This document shows positions 21,541-30,884 of a stretch of DNA of 64,000 nucleotides, piece after piece. This DNA is from an uncultured candidate division Zixibacteria bacterium (GTDB taxonomy: Bacteria > Zixibacteria > MSB-5A5 > GN15 > FEB-12), in contig CAVTJJ010000004.1 of assembly GCA_963735035.1 (NCBI GenBank), forward strand, positions 896,001 through 960,000, given 5' to 3'. The position numbers were made by a program, and so were the translations under genes. Numbering within the stretch: position 1 is the first letter of the stretch; each line of letters opens with the position of its first letter. The notes below the pieces were generated by a model. The model ran no database searches. It saw only the letters and a program-made list of their open reading frames with translations, and was not told the origin of the DNA.

Positions 21541-24500
21541 ATGAGTATTAGAAGACTCAAACTGACGAAAAGAGTCGGCGCGGTAGTGGGTGTGTTTTTG
21601 TTCTCACTCGCACTGCACGCATCGTCCGGTCCGCCGAAGGCGAGTCCGGATCAGGCCCTATCGCAACTCAAGAAGGGGAACCAGCGGTTTGCATCCGGGG
21701 GCATGACCTACCCGCATCTAGGTAAGGACAGGCTGGCCGCGGTGGCCGAGGGTCAGCAGCCCTGGGCAACTGTTGTCAGTTGCTCGGATTCACGAGTCCC
21801 GGTCGAAGAAATCTTCGACGCCGGACTGGGTGATATCTTCGTGGTGCGGGTCGCGGGCAACGTCTGCGACGTGGACGAAGTCGGCTCGGTCGAATACGGA
21901 GCGGAGCATCTCGGTACTCCCGTGCTCGTTGTCCTGGGCCACACGGCGTGCGGCGCTGTGACGGCGGTGGCGACCGACGCCGTAGTCCACGGCTCGATTT
22001 CGCCGCTCATTGACAACATCAAGCCGGCGGTGCAAAAAGCTGCAAAGGATAATCCGGGGCTAAGCGGCAAAGACCTGGTCACGGCCGCGGTAACAGCCAA
22101 TGTCTGGCAGTCCATTCAGGATCTGTTAACTGCCTCTCCAATTGTTCGTGAATTGGTGAAAGAGGGAAAGCTCAAGATTCAGGGCGCTATCTATCATCTG
22201 GATGATGGCAAAGTCGAGTGGCTGGGCGCGCATCCTCGCGAGGCATTTCTGACAGCGTCAACAGGCGGAGGGCATCCCAAAGTATCTTCAACTTTTTATC
22301 AGACGGCTACGCTGCATGTCCCTGATGTTTCAGAGGCCCGTCATGCCGAAGGCATCGACAAGAACAAGGCCATGCAGTTGCTCAAGAGCGGCAACTCCCG
22401 CTATGTCGATGGATCTCGCACTTATCAGCATCAGGACAAGTTGCGCCTTCGCGAGGTGACTACCGCGCAGCATCCGTACGCGACCGTGGTGTCATGTTCG
22501 GATTCGCGGGTGCCGGTAGAACATATCTTCGACGCAGGTCTGGGCGACATATTCACCGTCCGAGTGGCAGGAAATGTCTGTGATGTGGACGAGATCGGCT
22601 CGATCGAATACGGCATCGGGCATCTGTTTACGCCGATGCTTGTCATAATGGGCCATAGCGCGTGCGGCGCCGTGACGGCGGTAGCCACCGACGCCGAGGT
22701 AAGCGGATCGATTCCGGCGCTGGTGGACAATATTGTCCCAGCCGTCGCGATGGCCCGTAAAGAGCATCCATACCTGACTGCGAAAGACCTGGTACCGGAA
22801 GCAATCAAAGCGAACGTCATGACCTCAATGGCGGATCTGTTCGCTCATAGCCCGGAAGCCTGTGCTATGGTTCAGAGCGGGTTTCTCAACGTAGTTGGGG
22901 CCGTATATGATTTGGAGACGGGCAAGGTTGAATGGCTGGGGCCGCATCCAAATCAAACCGATATGGTCAGCACTCTCTTGGCAGTGGCCGGAGAATCAGG
23001 CCATGGCGCCTCTTCTGAGGCCGCTGGCGAAGCCGGGGAGTCTCACTCCGGTGCAGAGAAGAGTTCACTCAGCGCTGAGACTGGTCACGGCTCGGTTTCA
23101 AGTGGCGGTATGGCAAGCGGCCACGAAAAGTCGGCTGCCTCGATGGCGTCAGTCGCCGGCGAAGAACAATCCGGCGCCACTGTCCAGAGAACACTCTGGG
23201 ACGAATGGTGGTTCTGGGCGCTCATCCTGAGTGCTTTCATATCGATAATAATTTGGATGTTCAAGAAGATAGAAAAGGGGGAATTTGCTATGAAGATGAA
23301 TGTAGGAGCCAAGATTCTCACGGGCTTTGGGGTGGTGCTGGCTATTCTCGCCCTCACCATTACTGTTGCTACATGGAAGATGGGACAGATCGGGGATTCA
23401 CTGAAGGAAGTAGCCGAAGAGTATATCCCGCTCACCGAGAAGATTTCTGCCATTGAAATTTCCGCCGTAGAGCAGGGAATGGCTTTCGCCTCTTTCCGGG
23501 CCGACAGCGACCAGAAATGGCTGGCTATGTTTGAAAAAGACAACGAGCTCGTGGCGGAAGAACTGAAGGGAGCTGAAGAAATAGTCAACGCTAACAAGGT
23601 GTTGCTGGAATCAGGCATGATGGAAACGCTGAAGAAACTGGAAGCCGAGCACGAGGGGTTCTACGCCGATGCCGAGAAACTCATAGGAGAATTGAAGGCG
23701 GGAACGCAGGGTGAGCAAGTGGAGGAGCTTTCAAATCAAGCCGAAGAGGAAATGGCCACACTCCAGGAAGCCACAGATGTCTTCCTAACACAAGTGGAAC
23801 ACAGTCTGGATTCGGTCAGTGCACTGGCTGAGGAAAATGAAAAGGCAGGATTCCAGTTGATAGTGGTCCTGGGAATACTGGGGGTAATCGCGGGTTTGAC
23901 GATCGGCTGGATGATTGCCCGAAGCATCTCGCGCCCGGTCACTCAGATGGCCAATATTGCCCAGCAGATCTCGCAGGGTGACATCGATCACAACATCGAA
24001 GTGCATTCCAAGGATGAGATTGGCATGCTGGCCAATTCCTTCAAGGAGCTGATCATCTACATGAAAACCATGGCCGGAGCGGCCGAGAAGATCGCCAACA
24101 GCGACTTGACGGTCAAAGTGGAGCCGAGATCGGAAGCTGACGTGCTCGGCAAGTCATTCAAGAGCATGACAATCAATCTGTCCGACATGATCCGTCAGTT
24201 GACCGACGGCGCCGGACAGTTGGTGTCGGCGGCGAACGAGGTGGCCTCCTCTTCGGAGCAGATGTCACGCGGCGCCAAGGACCAGACCGACCAGATGGCC
24301 CAGGTATCAACGGCGGTGGAAGAGATGACCGCAACTATCGTAGAGACTTCCAAGAACGCCGGGGAAGCTACCACGGGCTCTCATCGTGCTGCTGAAACGG
24401 CCGGTACCGGCGGGCAAATAGTCAACGATACGATTCAGGGGATGCAGAAGATCGCCGCGGTGGTTCGGGAATCGGCGGAATCAATCAGCAAGCTGGCCAA

Positions 24501-25047
24501 GTCGGCAGACCAGATCGGTGAGATCATCGGTGTAATCGACGATATCGCCGACCAGACCAACCTGCTGGCTTTGAACGCTGCTATCGAAGCGGCTCGGGCC
24601 GGAGAACAGGGACGCGGTTTCGCAGTGGTAGCCGACGAAGTCCGCAAGCTGGCCGAACGCACCGGCAAGGCGACCGGTGAGATTACGAATATGATCAAAG
24701 GTATCCAGCAGGAGACCAACGACGCTGTCAAGTCGATGGAGTCCGGCATTGTGCAAGTCGATAAGGGCCGGGAGCTGGCTGACAAGGCCGGTACCAGCCT
24801 CAATGAGATTGTGACTATGGCCCAGCAGGTGCAGGACATGATTCAGCAGATCGCGACGGCTTCGGAAGAGCAGTCTTCGGCGGCTGAGCAGATTTCCAAG
24901 AACGTGGAAAACGTGACGGCAATCGCTCGCGAATCTGCCACCGGTGCGCAGCAGTCGGCGGCGGCGGCGGAAGAGTTGAACCGCCAGGCCGAGGCTATGC
25001 GTCAGATGGTGGCGAAGTTCAAGCTCAGTCAGGAAGCTCGCGTCTGA
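21541..25047 (+). CDS. Tandem beta-carbonic anhydrase joined in frame to a methyl-accepting chemotaxis protein
   Basis: Two CSDSRV...GHxACG beta-CA domains, a low-complexity linker and a TM helix, then an MCP (TM1, helical sensor, TM2, [44 protein letters not shown]). Internal RBS and in-frame ATG at 23290. Confidence 0.85.
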   Translation: MSIRRLKLTKRVGAVVGVFLFSLALHASSGPPKASPDQALSQLKKGNQRFASGGMTYPHLGKDRLAAVAEGQQPWATVVSCSDSRVPVEEIFDAGLGDIFVVRVAGNVCDVDEVGSVEYGAEHLGTPVLVVLGHTACGAVTAVATDAVVHGSISPLIDNIKPAVQKAAKDNPGLSGKDLVTAAVTANVWQSIQDLLTASPIVRELVKEGKLKIQGAIYHLDDGKVEWLGAHPREAFLTASTGGGHPKVSSTFYQTATLHVPDVSEARHAEGIDKNKAMQLLKSGNSRYVDGSRTYQHQDKLRLREVTTAQHPYATVVSCSDSRVPVEHIFDAGLGDIFTVRVAGNVCDVDEIGSIEYGIGHLFTPMLVIMGHSACGAVTAVATDAEVSGSIPALVDNIVPAVAMARKEHPYLTAKDLVPEAIKANVMTSMADLFAHSPEACAMVQSGFLNVVGAVYDLETGKVEWLGPHPNQTDMVSTLLAVAGESGHGASSEAAGEAGESHSGAEKSSLSAETGHGSVSSGGMASGHEKSAASMASVAGEEQSGATVQRTLWDEWWFWALILSAFISIIIWMFKKIEKGEFAMKMNVGAKILTGFGVVLAILALTITVATWKMGQIGDSLKEVAEEYIPLTEKISAIEISAVEQGMAFASFRADSDQKWLAMFEKDNELVAEELKGAEEIVNANKVLLESGMMETLKKLEAEHEGFYADAEKLIGELKAGTQGEQVEELSNQAEEEMATLQEATDVFLTQVEHSLDSVSALAEENEKAGFQLIVVLGILGVIAGLTIGWMIARSISRPVTQMANIAQQISQGDIDHNIEVHSKDEIGMLANSFKELIIYMKTMAGAAEKIANSDLTVKVEPRSEADVLGKSFKSMTINLSDMIRQLTDGAGQLVSAANEVASSSEQMSRGAKDQTDQMAQVSTAVEEMTATIVETSKNAGEATTGSHRAAETAGTGGQIVNDTIQGMQKIAAVVRESAESISKLAKSADQIGEIIGVIDDIADQTNLLALNAAIEAARAGEQGRGFAVVADEVRKLAERTGKATGEITNMIKGIQQETNDAVKSMESGIVQVDKGRELADKAGTSLNEIVTMAQQVQDMIQQIATASEEQSSAAEQISKNVENVTAIARESATGAQQSAAAAEELNRQAEAMRQMVAKFKLSQEARV

Positions 25048-25062
25048 GTTTGTATCAAGACG

Positions 25063-25090
25063 AGTGGCCGGGTGTTAGAACCCGGCCACT
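25063..25090 (+). terminator. Hairpin after the MCP gene (possible terminator)
   Basis: AGTGGCCGGGT-GTTAGA-ACCCGGCCACT; the U-tract is weak. Confidence 0.45.
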
Positions 25091-25255
25091 TGCCACCCAT
25101 CATTAGCGTCATTCAAGCCTTTAGAAACTTTGTTCTCTGACGCACGATACCAAGCTGAAACATTGACTGAACCCGCTCACTTAGTTATCATTCTTCGTGA
25201 ATTATCTTCCTTCCCGGTCCTACCTTCTCGAATTGCGTGATTGGGGTTATCGGTC

Positions 25256-26367
25256 ATGTTCATGACATTCTTCTTCAGTGCCTGGACCCTCATGCACGTC
25301 TACGTGTGCTGGCGTCTGACATCCGTTCCCATAGTGTGCCGGGCATGTCTCGCGCAAGGTCCTGTGGCCGATGGCGGCGATTCTCTGGGCAGGTTATTTC
25401 TTGCAGCGGCTGATTGAAGACCAGGGCTTTGTGCCATTGGCACGACCTCTCGAAATGTTCGTGATGAACTGGCTGGGAATTCTGTTCCTGGTATTCTTCT
25501 GTCTACTCGTGGTCGATCTCGTCACAGTCTTTGGTCTTGTGTTTAGGAAACATGCCCCGGTGCTTCGTGGCGTGGGATTGACTGGTGGGAATCGTGCTGG
25601 CCGGTGTAGCTCTGTTTCAGGGATTGCGTCCACCCGTGGTGGATGACTACGAAGTCCGTCTCTCCGGTCTGCGCGCCGAGGACGATGGCCTTAAGATCGC
25701 GGTAATCTCTGACTTGCACGTGGGATCTTTAATCGACGGTCAGTGGCTCGCGGCGCGGATTGAGCAGATCAAAGCGCTCAATCCCGACATGGTGTTCATG
25801 TTGGGCGACTTGTTCGAAGGCGACAGCCAGACAGAACGCCAGGATAGTATGATCCAGGTGCTGCGGGGCATGACTCCAAGGTATGGTGTTTGGGCGGTCA
25901 TGGGTAATCATGAGTCGCACGGCGGCCGCGACGCCAGCTTGCGCTTTCTCGAAAATGCGGGGGTTCATGTACTTCGGAATGAGTGGCGCGAAGTTCTTCC
26001 CGGTCTCGTCATCGGCGGGGTCGGCGACGGCGGTCACCACGAGGAGCCTGACAGTTCCACCAACGGATTCAAGCGGCTTCTCGCGACCAAACCGCTGGAC
26101 GAAGCAAGCATCTTTCTTTCGCATCGGCCCCAGATGATCGACGAGACTGCTGCGGCCGGTGTGGGTTTGATGCTCTGCGGCCATACGCATGGCGGACAGA
26201 TTTGGCCATTCAGCTATGTTGTGGGATGGATGAATCCGCTTCTGGCGGGTCGGTACGAAATAGGCGGGATGACCGCAATCGTTAGCCGAGGTGCCGGGAC
26301 CTGGGGGCCGCGGATGCGACTCTGGTCGCCGGGCGAGATTCTCCGGATTACGCTGCGGGCCAAGTGA
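25256..26367 (+). pseudogene. Membrane-anchored metallophosphoesterase (YkuE/YaeI-like) with two +1 frameshifts (near 25342 and 25581)
   Basis: DLH, GD, GNHE, SH and GHTHGGQ motifs in 25585-26367; the N-terminal TM region reads through from ATG 25256 if one base is removed at each site. Confidence 0.8.
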
Positions 26368-26426
26368 GGGGTTACAGTGAAGCTTGTTCGGTTAATGGCT
26401 ATTCAGGGATTCGTTCTGATGCCGCA

Positions 26427-26451
26427 GGGTGGCCCACCATTTATGGTGGGG
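26427..26451. repeat. REP-like palindrome copy
   Basis: GGGTGGCCCACCATTTATGGTGGGG, identical to the copy at 17524. Confidence 0.85.
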
Positions 26452-27058
26452 CTTAAGAGACGGGTGGGGCATCCGATAATTACTATAGTCTTCCTGTTGA
26501 CATTCACTATCAATGGGTATGCCGGAGAAACAGCAGGTCACAAGGGATTCGCAGTTGGCTTCCAGACAGGTTACGGCCACTTGCAGCTTCATTCAGATCA
26601 AGTTGGAGATGCGACCAGCTCGACTTTCAGTCTGGGTTTTCAGGGAGGTTATGCGGTCAATTCGCGAGACAATTGTCGGCTTGGACATAGGCGGCTGGCT
26701 GCTTGAACCGTACACGGTCACTGACCACGGCGAAGAAAAGGGAGAGTCGGTCAGCAACACGATGTTCTTCCTGCATGCATTCCCGGTCAAACGACTGCCC
26801 ATCTATCTGCGAGTTGCGGCCGGGTACACATATTACAAGATCAATCGTCCGGACAAACACAATGGCAGCGGCTGGGGATCATGTTTGATCGGGGGCGGGT
26901 ACGAAATTCGCGCGGTTGATCATTTCTTCATAGCACCACAAATTAGTTACAGCCGCGGAAATATATCGGATGTCCCTGCAATATTGTGGATGGAAACGGG
27001 CCGTCGTTACGACGTAATAGATATATCAGTCGCGGTGCATTGGTACAGCGGGCGATGA
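26443..27058 (+). pseudogene. Small outer-membrane beta-barrel protein with a +1 frameshift near 26667 (start uncertain)
   Basis: Signal-like segment then beta-strands GFAVGFQTGYG..FSLGFQGGYAVNSR, continuing in the next frame as TIVGLDIGGW..LIGGGYEI..FFIAPQISY..DISVAVHWY. Confidence 0.6.
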
Positions 27059-27098
27059 TCAATTCACATCGCGCAGGGCACCCTGGACGGTAGCCACG

Positions 27099-27539
27099 TC
27101 ACAGCAGTTCTTCAAGAATCGTCACGGCATTCGCAACGTACTTCGAGCAACGAGTGTCTTTGTAGTTACGCTCGTCAAAGATGCGCCGTCCTTCTTCGGT
27201 TCCTACGTCACAACCCAACAGCTCGCGGCAAGTACTCGTGGTGTGCAGCGATCTGAATCGCTCGACAAACTCGATTGATAGATCGTAAGTCTTCTGCTTG
27301 GATGCATCGTCGTCCGGATCGGCGCTGGCGTGTTTCAGGCCGATTACCATCAGCGCGCCCGTGACGGCGCCACAGGTTTCGCCCATGCGGGCCATCCCGC
27401 CGCCAAAAGCTCCGCTGACCTTCAGGGCGACATCCTTATCCATCCCGAATTGCTCGGCATAGGTCGAGAACACCGATTGCGAACAATTGAAACCACTCTT
27501 GAAACAGGCGACGGCTTTATCAGCGCATTTCTTTTCCAT
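27099..27539 (-). CDS. C_GCAxxG_C_C family putative redox protein
   Basis: FNCSQSV, FGGGM, TCGAVTGA, CRELLG and a C-terminal Cys. Confidence 0.88.
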   Translation of the reverse strand: MEKKCADKAVACFKSGFNCSQSVFSTYAEQFGMDKDVALKVSGAFGGGMARMGETCGAVTGALMVIGLKHASADPDDDASKQKTYDLSIEFVERFRSLHTTSTCRELLGCDVGTEEGRRIFDERNYKDTRCSKYVANAVTILEELL

Positions 27540-27551
27540 TCAGATTCTCCA

Positions 27552-27810
27552 GTAGGTCAGGAGGCCTTAGCCTCCTGACAGAATGTTCTGTGTAACGTTT
27601 GAGATTCGGGTGCCCCACTCCGCCGCGGCGGACGGTGGGATTAGATTCAGAGATCAAGCTGGTCCATCACCTAAGGTGTATTCGTGTGTTCTGCATGTCA
27701 ATTGTAATGCGACAATGTTGTCAGGAGCCTAAGGGCTCCTGACCAACTATAGGCGGGTTCGAAGACGGACCCGCCCTACGAATCCATCCGGCAGGGATGG
27801 AACCCTGCCG
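27552..27810. repeat. Cluster of GTAG-type REP-like palindromes, including an inverted pair
   Basis: GTAGGTCAGGAGGCCTTAGCCTCCTGAC (27552) with an inverted copy at 27720-27747; GTAGGGCGGGTC...ACCCGCC on the minus strand at 27752-27779; further hairpins at 27608 and 27788. Confidence 0.75.
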
Positions 27811-27843
27811 ATCAAAGTCCAAAATCGGTCAAATCCAAACGGC

Positions 27844-30120
27844 TCAATTCTTCGGCGCACCCAGCAGACGGCGCACGTCGGCGAGTATCGCCGCGCCCCG
27901 CTGTCTGAGATCCTGCTTCGTCTGAATCAGGTTGGCCGCCGTAGGAATCGCCCGCAACTGCACATGGAAACGCAGCGAATTGCCGGTGCCGGACGGTCTT
28001 ATCGTCACGTGCTGCAGCTTTTCGTCGTCGAAGAAGAACCGGATACCTTCATCGGGGAATTCAAACGTCGGCGTCGGCGGGTAAATCTTGTCGTACTTGC
28101 CGGTGCGATAAATGACCGCCGATTTCACTGTCAGACCGCCGATCTGGAACTTGCCCGATGCGGCTTCACGATAATATCCTAGCGCCTTCAAAAGGATTTC
28201 TTTCTTCAGTCGATCACCCTCGATACCCGGATATTCGCCGTCCATCGGGTCCGGCTCATAGAACGTGGCAAACAGCCCGATCGCCGGATCGAGATAGATT
28301 TCTTTGTCGAGCAGCTCGATGATCGTCGTCCCCTGAGCTTTCGCCCAGGCGGCGATTTCAGACACCAGAAGCGCTGCGAAAGTACCGTCTTTGTCGCGCA
28401 CGTGGCCGTCGACTCCCATCGAACGGGCATCCGGAGGACGCCCACCGAGGAGCGAGAAACCGTTGCTTTGTTCCAATGCGCCGATATTGAACGTTCGTTT
28501 ACCGTTGTCCATGCCGAGGCAATCACACACAAAATCATGGCACAGTCTGGTATGATCCTTGTCGCGTCCCTGTATCAGCGGCAGCAACTTGTTGACCCGG
28601 CCTTCCCACACTTCGCGGGTAGCGGCCGCCAGCGACGCAAATCCAACCCACGTTCGAACCACCCCCACGCCATGTTTCTGCGCCAACAACGTAAGACTGT
28701 CCGAAGTCGTGTGTGACAACACTATGAATTCCTTCGACGTATCAGCAGTGTTGCTCTTCTTCGCATGCTGCAGGCGATACCAGAGCACAAGCGTCCACAT
28801 GTCATCGGCCGGAAGAAGATAGTAATCCTTCCCACCGTAGACGTGTCGTTGATTTTCGGGAATCTTGACTACAATGCCGCACCGGTCGGCATCGGGGTCG
28901 GTGCCGATCAAGATATCAAGATCGTTGAACTGTCCGGGGTAATCGTCCTTGAAAGCGCCGACCAGTATCTCCGCCGCGCGCGGGTCGCCTGGATCAGGCT
29001 GTTGTTCCCGGCCGGGGTCGCTGCAGAAAGCAGGGAAGAGACCATTGAGCGTGTTTAATCCGAGTCCGCGTGTGGTGCCGTTGATCGACTTCACTCTCTC
29101 CGGCAGGAAACCGACTTCGTGCAGTAGTCGCGGGACGGCATAGATGCCGGCGCCGTGGAATGGGCAGAAACCGATCGATACCGGCTTCGCCGCTTTCTTC
29201 TGTTGCTCGGCCAGGTTCGGTGTGAGCAGGAATTTCTGCACATGTTCGCGATGCAGTTCGTGCATGTTGATGATCGCACCTTCGTGGCCGGCGTAGTCGA
29301 ACCCGGCCACCGGACGGTCGCCGCCCAGGAAGAACAACCGACCTTTGGTGGCGTCCTTGAATTTCCTGACCTTGATGTCAGAGACATCCACTTTGCTGAT
29401 GAACTGATTGTACATGTCATCGCGCTCCTTCGGATCGAACTGCGAACCGTTGGCGCACGACAGCTTGTAGCCGTTGTAGCGGTAGTCGTTGTGACTGGCG
29501 GAAATCAGAACCCCGGCGTCCGCTTTCACTTTCTCGTTGGGAATCGCGAAGGTGACTTCGGGATACGGACACGGGGCGTCGAAGAAATACACCGTGTAGT
29601 CGTATGCCAGAAAGACTTCGGCGACCAACCGGGCCAGATCGAACCCTCTTATTCGGCTGTCGTAGCCGATCACGACTTTCTGAAGGCGCGGTTTCTGCAC
29701 GATGCCGTACTTGGCGACACCGGCCGTGGTCAGCGCCATCACGAGATCGTTGATCGTATTCGGGCCTTTTAGTACCGGGGCGTCGATGCCTTCGTTCTTG
29801 ATCCGCACGATCGAGTCCCGGTCGAACGCCATCATCCCGCGAATGCCGCCGGTACCGAAACGAACCGTCTGGCGAAAAGCGTTGACCAGCCCTTCCCAGT
29901 CCTTGGCTTCGATATGTTTGACGATCCCTTCTTTGTACGTATCACGTATGCCCGGGATCGGGGGGAAGCCGAGCCATTTCTCAATGGCCGGGTAGGTGTT
30001 GGCCATGGCGACCGAATACAACTCGTTGTCGATCCGTCCGTCCGCTTTGGCCTGATTCAAGTAGGATTCAATTCCGGCTCTGGCCTTGTCCAGAATGGCC
30101 CTATAATCGTTCGGTGACAT
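27844..30120 (-). CDS. Phosphoglucomutase/phosphomannomutase family protein
   Basis: FGTGGIRG, phosphoserine loop ISASHN, metal site DPDADR and RPSGT. Confidence 0.92.
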   Translation of the reverse strand: MSPNDYRAILDKARAGIESYLNQAKADGRIDNELYSVAMANTYPAIEKWLGFPPIPGIRDTYKEGIVKHIEAKDWEGLVNAFRQTVRFGTGGIRGMMAFDRDSIVRIKNEGIDAPVLKGPNTINDLVMALTTAGVAKYGIVQKPRLQKVVIGYDSRIRGFDLARLVAEVFLAYDYTVYFFDAPCPYPEVTFAIPNEKVKADAGVLISASHNDYRYNGYKLSCANGSQFDPKERDDMYNQFISKVDVSDIKVRKFKDATKGRLFFLGGDRPVAGFDYAGHEGAIINMHELHREHVQKFLLTPNLAEQQKKAAKPVSIGFCPFHGAGIYAVPRLLHEVGFLPERVKSINGTTRGLGLNTLNGLFPAFCSDPGREQQPDPGDPRAAEILVGAFKDDYPGQFNDLDILIGTDPDADRCGIVVKIPENQRHVYGGKDYYLLPADDMWTLVLWYRLQHAKKSNTADTSKEFIVLSHTTSDSLTLLAQKHGVGVVRTWVGFASLAAATREVWEGRVNKLLPLIQGRDKDHTRLCHDFVCDCLGMDNGKRTFNIGALEQSNGFSLLGGRPPDARSMGVDGHVRDKDGTFAALLVSEIAAWAKAQGTTIIELLDKEIYLDPAIGLFATFYEPDPMDGEYPGIEGDRLKKEILLKALGYYREAASGKFQIGGLTVKSAVIYRTGKYDKIYPPTPTFEFPDEGIRFFFDDEKLQHVTIRPSGTGNSLRFHVQLRAIPTAANLIQTKQDLRQRGAAILADVRRLLGAPKN

Positions 30121-30409
30121 TAGTACAACTCCTGTTGGTTCTTCAATTGACCGTGATATTCTGCATCATATACAAAGAATCGACTTGTGCTGCCACGGTC
30201 ATAAGCTGGAAAATCGGCCTTACTCCACACGGCGTCAACTCAATTTGTTGCCCGAGTTACGCGGGTGCTAAAGAAACGTCCCGGTTGTCACTATCACCTG
30301 CTGCTTTACACTCCTGTTTTAGGCTTCGTCCGGTCGATAAGAGGTTTATCTTGCTCTGTGCGTAGATGAGATCTCGCAGAATGTCGAACTTACAAGAGGA
30401 GCGATTGAC

Positions 30410-30754
30410 ATGAAGGTTGTTCGTGCCAAAGAAGCTGAGACTTACGAGCCAGAGAAGAACTGGAAACGGCTCAGCCTGTGCAACCAGAGTGATATTTCGA
30501 TCGAGCATTTCATCAAACCGCCCGGTCATGCTTCGCCCCGCCACAGTCATCCCAATGCCCAGGTTCTCGTTGTTCTGACCGGGGAGATCATTGTCGCCAA
30601 TGACAACGACGAACAGCGGCTCAGCGCCGGCGATGCGGTCTATATTCCGGGGGATGAACCTCACATAGTGAGCAACCCGCTCGACCGGGAGTCGGTAGGA
30701 CTCGACATCTTCGTGCCGGGCCGCTCATTCGATTTCTGGTTACGACGAAAATGA
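30410..30754 (+). CDS. Cupin domain protein
   Basis: PRHSHP...GEI...LSAGDAVYIPGDEPH; AGGAG RBS. Confidence 0.88.
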   Translation: MKVVRAKEAETYEPEKNWKRLSLCNQSDISIEHFIKPPGHASPRHSHPNAQVLVVLTGEIIVANDNDEQRLSAGDAVYIPGDEPHIVSNPLDRESVGLDIFVPGRSFDFWLRRK

Positions 30755-30884
30755 AGTCGCCTTAAAGGGTTTGCTCAAAATCGGAAACTGAGTTACTTTG
30801 AAAATAGACCTGTCGAAACTGAATCAGGTCTTCTGAAGCGATAAGAACTTCGTGACTGGCCATAACCTGCAGTAGGAGCATAAG

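Noticed and set aside
17733..27810. Integrative island at tRNA-Ser
   Set aside because: No integrase, and I did not notice a duplicated tRNA 3' end by eye.
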